From Candidatus Woesearchaeota archaeon (GTDB lineage: Archaea; Nanobdellota; Nanobdellia; Pacearchaeales; GW2011-AR1), in the NCBI GenBank assembly GCA_964437455.1, contig CAYTGG010000001.1, forward strand, positions 20,930 to 84,929: a stretch of 64,000 nucleotides of DNA, written 5' to 3'. Position numbers and translations under genes: made by a program. The notes beneath the pieces are model-generated. The model was not told where the DNA came from and searched no databases. It worked only from the letters and a program-made list of their open reading frames with translations. Below, piece after piece: positions 49,345-58,792 of this stretch. Each line of letters opens with the position of its first letter. Positions within the stretch are counted from its first letter, which is position 1.

Positions 49345-49584
49345 ATGGTAATAGAAAAAATTGAATTAGATAGATTAAGGAGTACTTATCCTAATCCTCC
49401 AAGAAATAGAATAGAACAAATAAAAGAACTTATCATAAAGGATAATTGTGTTGATTTAATTCCTCCTATTTTATGTAGTAAAAAGAATAAACTTCTTTAT
49501 ATACTTGATGGAAATAAAAGATTTCAAGCTGTAAAAGAATTAAAATCAAAATTTAATTTTAATTATATGTGGGCAGAATATTAA
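49345..49584 (+). CDS. Stand-alone ParB/Sulfiredoxin N-terminal domain protein
   Basis: PPIL.....YILDGNKRFQAVKEL matches DGxxR motif. Confidence 0.7.
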   Translation: MVIEKIELDRLRSTYPNPPRNRIEQIKELIIKDNCVDLIPPILCSKKNKLLYILDGNKRFQAVKELKSKFNFNYMWAEY

Positions 49585-49627
49585 TCTTTATAAAAATCTT
49601 TAAAAAGTATCTATAATTTTTTTTGTT

Positions 49628-50296
49628 ATGAAGATAGAGAATATTGAAATTAAATGGCTAGGACATTCTGGTTTTTTAATTAAAAATTCTCAAATTATTT
49701 ATATAGATCCTTATAACATTAAAAATGGTCTTGAAAAGGCAGATCTTATTTTAATAACACATAGTCATTATGATCATTGTAGCATTGCAGATATACAAAA
49801 GATAATAAAAGAAGGAACAAAGATAATTCTCCCTGCTGATGCTCAAAGTAAAGTAACTAGATTTAATATTCCAATTGAAATAGAAATTATAGAAGTAGGA
49901 CAAGAGATTTCTTTTAATGGAATTAAGGTTTCTGCTTTTCCTGCTTATAATATAGACAAACCTTTTCATCCAAAAGAAGAAGGTTGGATAGGATATATAC
50001 TAAAAATAGATAATATCTCTATTTATCATGCTGGAGATACAGATATAATTCCAGAGATGCAGAAACTTACTGGATATAAACAATCCGGAAAAAAGTTTAT
50101 TGCACTTTTACCTATAGGAGGAAGATTTACAATGAATGCAGAAGAGGCTGTAGAAGCTGTAAAAATAATAAAACCTTCTTTAGCTATTCCTATGCATTAT
50201 GGAAGTATTGTTGGAAATGAAGAAGATGCAAAAGAATTTCAAGAACTTTGCGAAGAGAAAGGATTTAATGTGATAATTCTAAAGAAAGAAGGATAA
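49628..50296 (+). CDS. MBL-fold metallo-hydrolase (UPF0173-like)
   Basis: WLGHS, IDP, THSHYDH, YHAGDT, IPMHYG. Confidence 0.92.
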   Translation: MKIENIEIKWLGHSGFLIKNSQIIYIDPYNIKNGLEKADLILITHSHYDHCSIADIQKIIKEGTKIILPADAQSKVTRFNIPIEIEIIEVGQEISFNGIKVSAFPAYNIDKPFHPKEEGWIGYILKIDNISIYHAGDTDIIPEMQKLTGYKQSGKKFIALLPIGGRFTMNAEEAVEAVKIIKPSLAIPMHYGSIVGNEEDAKEFQELCEEKGFNVIILKKEG

Positions 50297-50364
50297 TTTA
50301 AATATTAAAACACTACTATTTTCTAATCAAAATATTTTTAAAGAATGAGCTTTTTATTTTCTTG

Positions 50365-50457
50365 TAATATTAATTTGTGGGGGCAAATTAATATTAAGGT
50401 GAATGAATCTTTTTCTATTAGTGGAAAGTTTGTCAACTATTTAAATGTTTTGTTGAC
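50365..50457 (+). promoter_or_regulatory. Structured ftsZ upstream region (hairpins / palindromic site)
   Basis: 13-bp inverted repeat 50365-50377/50384-50396; GTCAAC (50432-50437)/GTTGAC (50452-50457) flank TATTTAAAT. Confidence 0.55.
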
Positions 50458-50500
50458 GGTTTCTCTAGGATATATTGATTGAAAGGAGGAAAAAAAAGAA

Positions 50501-51580
50501 ATGGCATTAGATTTTGCGAGAGAAGCAATAGAAAATTTAGAAACCCATAGTATTAATTTTGACGAACTTAAAGCAGGAAAAGCTAACATAAAAGTTATTG
50601 GTACTGGTGGAATGGGCTGTAATGCTGTTACATGGTTATTCAATAAAGGAATTAATGGAGCAACAGTCTATGCAGTTAATACAGATGCTCTTCATCTGAG
50701 CGTTACAAAAGCAGACGAGAAAATTCTGATAGGTAGAGAATTAACCAAAGGATTAGGATGTGGAGGACTTCCAAAAAAAGGAAGAGAAGCTGCAAAAGAA
50801 GCTTTAGTTGATTTGAAAAAATCCACTTCTAGTTCTGACATGGTTTTTGTAATTGCAGGAATGGGTGGTGGAACTGGAACAGGTGCAGCTCCAGTAATTG
50901 CTCAATTGGCTAAAGAGACAGGAGCAGTTGTTATCGGAGTTGTTACTATGCCTTTTGAACAAGAAAAAGCAAGAATAGACAAAGCTGAGTTTGGATTACA
51001 AGAATTAAGAGAAGTAACAGATACTTGTATTGTTTTAGACAATAATAGGTTAGTAGATATTGCAGGACAATTACCAATAGAATCAGCTTTTGCAGTTGCT
51101 AATGAGTTAGTAAGTACAATGGTTAAAGGAATTGTTGAAACAATAACTCTACCAAGTTTAATCAATTTAGACTATGCAGATGTTTCTTCTATCATGAGAG
51201 GAGGAGGAGTTTCTGTAATTGGAATTGGTGAAGATGATTCCTCAGAAAGAGTTAATCAAGCAGTCCAGCAAGCTCTTACACATCCTCTACTTGACGTGGA
51301 TTATAGAGGTGCTCAGGGCGCTTTAGTACACATTACTTGTGGACCAGATTTAAAATTAGAGGAATTTGATGTGATAGGAAAAACAATTTCAGAAAACTTA
51401 AATTCAGAGGCACAAGTGATTATTGGTGCAAGAATCAATAAAGATTTTGTAGGAAAAGTTAGAGTTATAACAATAATGACTGGTGTAAAATCTCCCTTTA
51501 TTTTAGGAAAAGATTTTGAAGAAAAAGCATTACCTGCCTCAAAAGAAATTTCTGATTTGGGTATAGAAGTTTTAAGATAA
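50501..51580 (+). CDS. ftsZ: Cell division protein FtsZ
   Basis: NTD, GMGGGTGTGAAP, INLDYAD; GGAGG SD upstream. Confidence 0.97.
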   Translation: MALDFAREAIENLETHSINFDELKAGKANIKVIGTGGMGCNAVTWLFNKGINGATVYAVNTDALHLSVTKADEKILIGRELTKGLGCGGLPKKGREAAKEALVDLKKSTSSSDMVFVIAGMGGGTGTGAAPVIAQLAKETGAVVIGVVTMPFEQEKARIDKAEFGLQELREVTDTCIVLDNNRLVDIAGQLPIESAFAVANELVSTMVKGIVETITLPSLINLDYADVSSIMRGGGVSVIGIGEDDSSERVNQAVQQALTHPLLDVDYRGAQGALVHITCGPDLKLEEFDVIGKTISENLNSEAQVIIGARINKDFVGKVRVITIMTGVKSPFILGKDFEEKALPASKEISDLGIEVLR

Positions 51581-51594
51581 CTTTGTTTTTTTAT

Positions 51595-51622
51595 TCCGGG
51601 AGAAATCCCGGATTTTTATTTT
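51595..51622 (+). terminator. GC-rich hairpin with GAAA tetraloop and T-tract after ftsZ
   Basis: TCCGGGA-GAAA-TCCCGGA followed by TTTTTATTTT. Confidence 0.7.
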
Positions 51623-51675
51623 ATTAATAAAAAATTATTAAGAAGTTGAAGAGTTCTATTGAATCTATTATATTT

Positions 51676-52230
51676 TTAAACTTCTATTTTCTTTGGATTT
51701 TTCATCTTTTTGTTTCCGTATTCTTCAAAAAACAAAATTCTATCAATATCAATTTTCTCTCTTGGCATTCTTTTTTTATATTCATATCCAATAGGAAAAA
51801 TAGCTTCTACATTTAACTCTTTTGGAATCTTAAAAATTATCTTAATTTGATTTTCTACAAAATGACCTATCCAGCAAGTTGATAATCCTACTTCTTCAAT
51901 TTTTAACAAGAAATTTTGTATAGCTGCTCCTGCTTGTTGTCTACAATAGATTTTTCCTCTTTCTTTATAAGAATTTACTAATCTACTACAATCTGAGCAT
52001 ACAATCAATACATATTTTGCTTCATTGATAAAAGGTTGTTGAGATGCTTCTGCTATACTTCTTATCTTTTCTTCATTGTTTGTTAATATAAATTTTAAAG
52101 TATAATTCTTTCCCGCTATTGGAGCGTATCTGCAAGAGTCAATACATTCAATAATCTTTCTCCAATCAGGTTTTATATCTTTAAACTTTCTTACACTTTT
52201 TCTAGATTTAATTGTTTTATCTAAGTCCAT
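51676..52230 (-). CDS. Nitroreductase family protein
   Basis: IKSRKSVRKF, AP, A.QN.LL....GL.TCWIG, PIGY. Confidence 0.92.
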   Translation of the reverse strand: MDLDKTIKSRKSVRKFKDIKPDWRKIIECIDSCRYAPIAGKNYTLKFILTNNEEKIRSIAEASQQPFINEAKYVLIVCSDCSRLVNSYKERGKIYCRQQAGAAIQNFLLKIEEVGLSTCWIGHFVENQIKIIFKIPKELNVEAIFPIGYEYKKRMPREKIDIDRILFFEEYGNKKMKNPKKIEV

Positions 52231-52260
52231 AAAAAATAAAAGAGAGAAGTATTAATAAAG

Positions 52261-52375
52261 TTTTTTAAAACGTCCCCGGTAGGACTCAAACTTGAAAACC
52301 TCCTGCGGGTTTTCTATCCAGCATCCATTCTTCGTCCAATTTATTAATTTTTTTAAAACGTCCCCGGTAGGACTC
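52261..52375 (-). repeat. Duplicated tRNA-Asn 3' end bracketing a 61-nt insert containing motif copy 2
   Basis: 27-nt direct repeat 52261-52287 / 52349-52375 (88-nt period); 37-nt motif at 52310-52346. Confidence 0.9.
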
Positions 52376-52432
52376 GAACCTACGACACCACGGTTAACAG
52401 CCGTGCGCTCTGACCAACTGAGCTACGGGGAC
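52359..52432 (-). tRNA. tRNA-Asn(GTT)
   Basis: GTCCCCG...CACGG-CTGTTAA-CCGTG...GGTTCGAGTCC...CGGGGAC-G. Confidence 0.96.
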
Positions 52433-52468
52433 ATAAATGAAATAAAAGATATTTGCTTTTAAAGTTTA

Positions 52469-52966
52469 TTATCTCAAACCTAAATCAAAAATTGGTTCTG
52501 GTCTATGTCTTTCTAGATATTTATAGACATTAGCTTGTTTAGAACCTTGTATTAGAGAGATTAAAGCATTTTGAGCATTTTTTATATTCTCTGCTGAACC
52601 TATAACTCCTACATTATTATCTTTTAATTCAAAGTTACATTCAGTTAGATTACTCATAGTGCTTAATGTTCTTCCTTTAGTTCCTATTATTCTTGCTCTT
52701 ACTCTTTCAAGATTTCTTTTAGTAGTATAATCTTTAATATTGATAACTTCAAATATAAAATCCTCTTTTTTTATTTTTAATGCTATAGAAAGAGGAAATC
52801 CAAAATTCAAAGATTCAATAACTTTTTCTGCAAGAAATTCATCTTTTGGTTCTCCTTCAATAGAAATCTCTTTTTCTTTATTATCAATCTTTATATTCAA
52901 CTTTTTTTCAAGTTGCTTTTTATTTTTTATTACTTTCTGAAATTCTTCACAATTTATTATTCTCAT
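52469..52966 (-). CDS. KH-domain ribosome biogenesis factor (Dim2/Pno1-like)
   Basis: RVRARIIGTKGRT, LI.GS....VY.YLE. Confidence 0.88.
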   Translation of the reverse strand: MRIINCEEFQKVIKNKKQLEKKLNIKIDNKEKEISIEGEPKDEFLAEKVIESLNFGFPLSIALKIKKEDFIFEVINIKDYTTKRNLERVRARIIGTKGRTLSTMSNLTECNFELKDNNVGVIGSAENIKNAQNALISLIQGSKQANVYKYLERHRPEPIFDLGLR

Positions 52967-53019
52967 AATAATATAAATCTCTATAAGTTTTTAAGTTTAG
53001 TTTTATTTATTAAAATTCA

Positions 53020-53358
53020 TTAAAATTCTACTTTCTCTTTATTTAGATAATTATTTCTTTTAAGCCACTCAATTTGACTTATTCTATACTTAAAGATTAT
53101 ATCTCCTTTGTTATCATCAAGATCCCAAGGTTGAACAATAACAATATCATTAGGACGAAGCCATAATTTTCTCTTTAATCTTCCAGGAACTCTACAATTT
53201 CTAGTTTTTCCATCCATACAACTAATTCCCATCCTATTTCCTCCCAATCTTTGTTCTATAATTCCTATTACTTCCTTTCCTCTTGGAAGTCTAGCTCTGG
53301 TTATAACATTTTCTTCTTTATCTTCTTCTTTATCTTCTTTTTCTTTAAATTCTTCCAT
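53020..53358 (-). CDS. eif1a: Translation initiation factor aIF-1A
   Basis: LGG.R....C.DG.TR.C.VPG.LK...W....D.V.V.PW. Confidence 0.95.
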   Translation of the reverse strand: MEEFKEKEDKEEDKEENVITRARLPRGKEVIGIIEQRLGGNRMGISCMDGKTRNCRVPGRLKRKLWLRPNDIVIVQPWDLDDNKGDIIFKYRISQIEWLKRNNYLNKEKVEF

Positions 53359-53423
53359 AACTAAAGGAAAAATAACTAAGTTTATAAAGATAATTATAAA
53401 AATTTAATTTTTATATATAGAAA

Positions 53424-53720
53424 TTAAAATAAAACCATAGTAAAAGGAATATTCTGAATTTTTTTTATATCTTCTTCAGAGATTAAATTTTCTTTTAATG
53501 CTAAGTTTACAGACCTCTTTCCTATAATATTAAAAGTAGCATCTTCTCTACTCATGTCTCTTATTATTTTTTTAATCTCTTCTTCAGAATGCTTTTCTGT
53601 TCCAAAAAAATTTTCTTTAACTTCTATCTGAAGTTTTCCTTCTTCAAACTTTTTCCCTAAAATCTCAGAATCACATATTGCTACAATATTCCTATAAGAT
53701 TTGTGTATTCTAACAAACAT
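53424..53720 (-). CDS. DUF424 family protein
   Basis: VAICD.EILGKKFEEG...V.E.FFG...N.IG. Confidence 0.88.
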   Translation of the reverse strand: MFVRIHKSYRNIVAICDSEILGKKFEEGKLQIEVKENFFGTEKHSEEEIKKIIRDMSREDATFNIIGKRSVNLALKENLISEEDIKKIQNIPFTMVLF

Positions 53721-53754
53721 ATTAAAAATAAAAATTATAAATTAATAAACTTTT

Positions 53755-53949
53755 TTAAAATCCTTTTTTAGCTTCACCTGACTGCATTGCTTTTTCTGCA
53801 TTTTCCTTTGACATCATAGCACAGACAGTAGTCTCAGAATGAATAGGACATTTTCCTTTTGCCATATATCCTCCTCTTGCAGTCTTGGTGATTACAGGAT
53901 CTTTCATTTCTACTTGTTTCTTACATTTCATACATCTTCCTTCTACCAT
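53755..53949 (-). CDS. Small zinc-binding protein (DUF5679-like)
   Basis: CMKCKK..EM......G....G.CP.H. Confidence 0.75.
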   Translation of the reverse strand: MVEGRCMKCKKQVEMKDPVITKTARGGYMAKGKCPIHSETTVCAMMSKENAEKAMQSGEAKKGF

Positions 53950-54025
53950 TTTTTTACTCCAAAATTTAATTAAAAAATTCCTAAGAATTTCATTCTATTT
54001 ATAATGAAAATTTGTTTTTAAAGAT

Positions 54026-54433
54026 TTAGATTTTTCCACGAACAGAATGTTTTGCTCCACAAGCTAAACAATGAAGAAATGTTAATCTACCTTCTTTTAT
54101 TAATTCTGTATCTGGCTTTCCACATTCTTTACATATAACAAATTCTTTTAGATATCTATTTATCTTTTCGTCTATTTTATCTCTTGAAACTTTCATATTC
54201 AATACTAATCTATCTCCTTCTCTATGTCCAGAAGCAGCCAATTCTTTTAGAATAAATTTCTGAAAGTTTTCAGGATCTCTCTTTAAATATGAAGCTATCT
54301 GAAAAAAATTAACTAAAATAGTTTTTTTTCCTTCAAAATGACCTTCAATTTTTGGAATTTCAAATCTTCCATTATTATTCTTTATTTCTTTTACTTCATG
54401 ATATGCTTTATCTAAAAGTTTTTCATATTCCAT
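54026..54433 (-). CDS. eif2b: Translation initiation factor aIF-2 beta
   Basis: YE.LL..AY, RFEIP, C.ECGKPDT.L, C.ACGA. Confidence 0.95.
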   Translation of the reverse strand: MEYEKLLDKAYHEVKEIKNNNGRFEIPKIEGHFEGKKTILVNFFQIASYLKRDPENFQKFILKELAASGHREGDRLVLNMKVSRDKIDEKINRYLKEFVICKECGKPDTELIKEGRLTFLHCLACGAKHSVRGKI

Positions 54434-54483
54434 ATTTTAATTTAATAGGGAGGATTTATAAATCTTTTATGTCTTTTTTTAAT

Positions 54484-55008
54484 ATGCAAATAAAGAATAT
54501 AATTCTTGGAATAGCAATTATAATTTTAACAATATTTGTAACTGTTTATGGAATAAATATATTTTATCCTTCTGGAGAATATAAAGATTATTGCAAAGAT
54601 GATAAAATCTATGAAATAGCTGATACACAGCAGAAATGTGAAGATCTTGGAGGAAAATGGAGAAATTATGAATTTGTTAAAGAAAATGATAGTGTTGAAG
54701 GATATTGTGATAGAGATTATTTCTGCAGACAGGAATATGATAGTGCTAGAGAAATAAGAGCTAAAAAAATATTTTTTATCTCAGTTCCTTTAGGAGTTAT
54801 AATAATTATATTTGGAGGATTTCTTTTTCATTTAGAAGCTGTTGGTGCTGGTTTAATGGGAGGAGGAGTTGGAACAATAGTTTATGGCTCGGGAAATTAT
54901 TGGCAATACGGAGATAATTTGTTTAAATTTATTCTTTCTTTGTTAGGTTTAACAGCAGTAATATATTCTTCTTATTGGTTAAATAAAAAGTTCGAGAAGA
55001 AAAAATAA
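54484..55008 (+). CDS. Membrane protein with Cys-containing external loop
   Basis: Start MQIK at 54484; four TM helices; longer track ORF overlaps eif2b. Confidence 0.7.
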   Translation: MQIKNIILGIAIIILTIFVTVYGINIFYPSGEYKDYCKDDKIYEIADTQQKCEDLGGKWRNYEFVKENDSVEGYCDRDYFCRQEYDSAREIRAKKIFFISVPLGVIIIIFGGFLFHLEAVGAGLMGGGVGTIVYGSGNYWQYGDNLFKFILSLLGLTAVIYSSYWLNKKFEKKK

Positions 55009-55054
55009 TTGAGAAAAAATAGATTTCTTTGAATAATCTGTTATAAAATTTCTT

Positions 55055-55681
55055 TTATCCTAACCATCTGACTTTTCCAGGATGAGGTTCAAAAATAATT
55101 CCTTCTTCTATAAATTTCTTTATCTCTTCATTTATTACTTCTGGAGAGATTTCTCTTAAATTCATAATCATATCCTCTATGTTAATTCCACCATCTTTCT
55201 CAGAATTTTTTATTACCTCTAAAATTCTATCTTTAGCAGCAACTTTTTCTTCTTTTGTAATATTTAAACTCTCTTTATTTCTTTTTTTCTCTATTTCTAA
55301 TTTTCTCAATAAAAGATATCTAGGATCTTTCTCTTTTATTATCTCTGGACTGATATAAACTTCATTATTAAATTCTCTTAATTTTCCTATTATTAATACT
55401 GTCTTACCTAGATTTTTATCTTTTATTTTTTCTACATCATCTCCAAAAATCTTTATTTTTATCTGTCCTGAGCCATCATCTAATGTTAAAAAAGAATATC
55501 TTTTTTCATCATTTTCATATTTATCTACTACATTTGCAATAACATTTACTCTTATTATTTTTTTATCTCCTAATTCTAAGAAAGAGAACCTTTCTCCCTC
55601 TGTTATTCTTCTTCCAGCTAAGATATCTCCTATTCTAAGTTTATATGCAACGCTTCTTTTGAATTTTTCTTGTTCTGACAT
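55055..55681 (-). CDS. Replication protein A subunit (RPA2/RPA32-like, OB + winged helix)
   Basis: RVNVIA.VV, LDDGSG.I, C-terminal EG.IFEP.PG. Confidence 0.85.
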   Translation of the reverse strand: MSEQEKFKRSVAYKLRIGDILAGRRITEGERFSFLELGDKKIIRVNVIANVVDKYENDEKRYSFLTLDDGSGQIKIKIFGDDVEKIKDKNLGKTVLIIGKLREFNNEVYISPEIIKEKDPRYLLLRKLEIEKKRNKESLNITKEEKVAAKDRILEVIKNSEKDGGINIEDMIMNLREISPEVINEEIKKFIEEGIIFEPHPGKVRWLG

Positions 55682-55693
55682 TTTCTAAAACTT

Positions 55694-57715
55694 TTATACT
55701 TTCTGTACATAACCTCTTCTAGGCTTAAAAATCTCTCCGTGTGCATTTAATTTATCTATAGCTTCTTCGATTTCTTCTTTTTTTAATCTTCCTTCTAATT
55801 CATTTTCAATTTCTTCAACAGGAATCATTTTTCCAATTTTACTTTCTAATTCAATTATAGTTTCTCTTACTGTTAATATTTTGTTCCTTTGAGATGAAGA
55901 GAAAGTTCCTGATATTCTATCAATATCAAAGGTTTTTGATTCATAATCATAACCTACTTGCATTAAATAATATTTCATTATATCTATTGCTCTTCTAGCA
56001 TCTTCTACTGTTACTTTTTCACTTAGTCTTAATTTTGCAGAAGCTTCTGACATTCTTATCAATGCTTGTAATTGTCTTGCTGAAATTGGAATAGGTCGCA
56101 TCGCACTTTCAGAGGTTACAGGACGATTTCTTAATTCAACATAAAATTTTTTTATTTCTGTTCCTGCTTCTTCACTTAAAACAGGTTTTATCTTTTGTTT
56201 AGCATATGCTACATACTTTCTAAAAAGATCTCTTGAAATTAACATATCCTCCCCCTGTTTTTTATGTTCTGATAAAACATGAATAGCAATAAGTTCATCT
56301 TTTTTTCTATCAGGAATATCTCTTAATGTAAAAATTATATCAAATCTATTTATTAAAGTTGGAGGCATATCAATTTGTTGTGCTATTGATTGATATGGAT
56401 CAAATCTTCCGAATTTAGGATTTGCTGCTGCTAATACACTGGTTTCTGAACGAAGAGTGGCTTGAACATTTGCTTTCGAAACTGTAATAGTCTGTTGTTC
56501 CATTGCTTCGTGCATAGAACTTCTATCATTGGGATCCATTTTTTCTAATTCATCTACACAAACTAATCCCTTATTTGCTAAAACCATGGCTCCTGCTTCT
56601 AAAGACCATCCTCTTAAATATTCATCTCTTACTACTGAAGCAGTTAATCCTGCACCAGATGCACTTTTTCCTACTACATATCTTCCTTTTGGTGAAATAC
56701 CTGCCATAAATCCTAAAGTGTGACTCTTAGCTACTCCAGGATCTCCTATTAATAAAATATGAATGTCTCCTCTGTTCTTTGAACCATCCTTGTTAATTTT
56801 TTTAACTCCTCCAAACAATTGTAAAATTAATGATTTTTTTATTTCATCATATCCCCAAATGCTTGGAGTTATACTTTGAGATAACTTATCAAATATACTG
56901 GGATCCTCAGATAGTTCAAGAATCTGCTTCTCATCCTCTTCTCCTATATCTAATTCCTCAAAGGTCTCTTCTAAGGGTATGAGATTGTTTGCTTCCATAG
57001 CTAATTGAAATCTTGTAGATAATCCTCCTGAACTTAAAGGAACTGGAACCTCTTTTAAAACTCCAATGACTTTAATTCTACTTCCTGGAGTGGTCTTCTC
57101 CTCCATTCTTGGTTCTACTAAATCTTCTTTTATAAAAATATCTAATCTTTTTGGTTGTTCTCCTCCTGATAGAGATTCTGTAGGTTCTTCTATTACTAAT
57201 CTTTGAGTATCAACCATCTCTTTACTTATTAGTCTAAATCCTCCTTTTCTTCCACAAGAGCATCTAGTTGGTTCTCTAAATTTCTTTTCAACTTGAAGAA
57301 CTGAGATTATTGTTCCACAACTTGGACATTCAAATTTAGCATTGACCACTTGAGGTCTTACATCTGAAGCTTGCCTTATTATTCCTTCTAAAGCAATCAT
57401 TTCATTTAAATGTCTAGAACGAATATCTCTTATTTTTATTTCTTGACTTTTTGGAATATTAAATAATCTAATTCTTACATTTTTTAATAAGCCTAATTCT
57501 TCAATTGCTAATTCTACGATTCCTAAAGTCTCTTCTGGATTTGAAAGAATTTCTTCTGATAATTTGCTTGAGAATTCTGTAAGTTTCATAAAATCTAAGA
57601 AAACAACACTATTTCCTTTTCTTATAGAATCTCCTAAATCTTTTTTGTAAAAATCAAAGAAATTTTTAGCTTCAATCATCAATCCGTCTTTTTTTGACCT
57701 TTCATTTTCCACCAT
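55694..57715 (-). CDS. mcm: MCM replicative helicase
   Basis: GDPGVAKS, LEAGAMVLA, DELEKM, HEAMEQQT, AANP..GRF, RQL..LIR. Confidence 0.97.
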   Translation of the reverse strand: MVENERSKKDGLMIEAKNFFDFYKKDLGDSIRKGNSVVFLDFMKLTEFSSKLSEEILSNPEETLGIVELAIEELGLLKNVRIRLFNIPKSQEIKIRDIRSRHLNEMIALEGIIRQASDVRPQVVNAKFECPSCGTIISVLQVEKKFREPTRCSCGRKGGFRLISKEMVDTQRLVIEEPTESLSGGEQPKRLDIFIKEDLVEPRMEEKTTPGSRIKVIGVLKEVPVPLSSGGLSTRFQLAMEANNLIPLEETFEELDIGEEDEKQILELSEDPSIFDKLSQSITPSIWGYDEIKKSLILQLFGGVKKINKDGSKNRGDIHILLIGDPGVAKSHTLGFMAGISPKGRYVVGKSASGAGLTASVVRDEYLRGWSLEAGAMVLANKGLVCVDELEKMDPNDRSSMHEAMEQQTITVSKANVQATLRSETSVLAAANPKFGRFDPYQSIAQQIDMPPTLINRFDIIFTLRDIPDRKKDELIAIHVLSEHKKQGEDMLISRDLFRKYVAYAKQKIKPVLSEEAGTEIKKFYVELRNRPVTSESAMRPIPISARQLQALIRMSEASAKLRLSEKVTVEDARRAIDIMKYYLMQVGYDYESKTFDIDRISGTFSSSQRNKILTVRETIIELESKIGKMIPVEEIENELEGRLKKEEIEEAIDKLNAHGEIFKPRRGYVQKV

Positions 57716-57790
57716 AAAAAATTAAACAAGTATGAGTTTTTATAGATTTATGTAAAACACTAAATGAGTCTTTTAAAAATGAGATTATTT

Positions 57791-58123
57791 TTAAGAAGTA
57801 AAATTTGTTTTTCTTTTCCCAATTAAAAATAAGATGAAACTAATTAGAAACAATCCTAAAATCACCATTCCATTAAGCATTAAGACAATAGCAAGTCCAA
57901 TAGGATCCATTCTTCCTCCTTTTAAAAGTCCAATTGAAATAGCTATTAAAAAATATACAATTATGGGAATATTGATAATATTTATCCAGGAGCTTATTTT
58001 TATTATTTTCCCTTCTTCTTTTTCTGATTTATAGAATTTAATTGCTATTCTTAAGTACCAAATTGCGATGATTGTTAATATAAGAAAAATTAATTCAAAT
58101 GCAGTCCATTGGCTAATTCCCAA
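57791..58123 (-). CDS. Hypothetical membrane protein, possibly 5'-truncated
   Basis: Three TM helices; TTG start only; frame stays open 14 codons upstream without ATG. Confidence 0.5.
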   Translation of the reverse strand: MGISQWTAFELIFLILTIIAIWYLRIAIKFYKSEKEEGKIIKISSWINIINIPIIVYFLIAISIGLLKGGRMDPIGLAIVLMLNGMVILGLFLISFILFLIGKRKTNFTS

Positions 58124-58180
58124 TATTGTTACAATAGAGAAGGATACAGATAGTGATGATATTGATTAATTGTAAGTTTT

Positions 58181-58750
58181 TCATTTCTTATATCCTTTTA
58201 GTACAGCTTTCACATTCTTTAATAATTGTTTCATACTATACTCTAATTGATCTCTATTCTTTGTTCCCGTGCATACTAATTTTCCATTGCTAAAGAGTAA
58301 AAATGTAGCATTTGGTTCTGCTAATTTATAAACTAAACCAGGAAATTGTTCTGGTTCATATTCTGTATTAATCATCTCTAAAGCAAGAAAATTTAGATTA
58401 AGTTTTAAATCAATTGTTCCAGAAGCTACAATATTCTGAACTGTTATTTTTGGATTAATAGTTATATTAACATTTATCTTCCTTAATTGTTTTATCACAG
58501 ACTGAATAGCTTTTTTTACTTGAGCTACTGATTTTGTTCCTGTACATACTAAATTTCCAGAAGAAAAAACAAGAACAGCTGATTTTGGCTCTTTTATTCT
58601 CAAGACTAGTCCAGGAAAAGTATCAGGATTATATTCTGTATTGGGTTGAGTTCTTGCTAATTTTGTTAAAGGAATAGGTTTTTCTAAAGAAGTTGTGGCT
58701 ACAATATTTTGAATTTTATAATTACTTTTTTTTGAATCTGTCTTTGTCAT
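58181..58750 (-). CDS. tbp: TATA-box-binding protein
   Basis: Two repeats IQNIVA...EY.P..FPGLV...F.SG/NG.LVCTG.K. Confidence 0.97.
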   Translation of the reverse strand: MTKTDSKKSNYKIQNIVATTSLEKPIPLTKLARTQPNTEYNPDTFPGLVLRIKEPKSAVLVFSSGNLVCTGTKSVAQVKKAIQSVIKQLRKINVNITINPKITVQNIVASGTIDLKLNLNFLALEMINTEYEPEQFPGLVYKLAEPNATFLLFSNGKLVCTGTKNRDQLEYSMKQLLKNVKAVLKGYKK

Positions 58751-58792
58751 TTAGATTTTAAGAAATTTTTATTTATAAAGGCTTCGACGGAA

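Noticed and set aside
54352..54483. N-terminal extension of the 218-aa ORF
   Set aside because: Overlaps eif2b on the opposite strand; ATG at 54484 fits TATA spacing.
55694..57715. Intein in MCM
   Set aside because: 673 aa with contiguous AAA+ motifs; no insertion.
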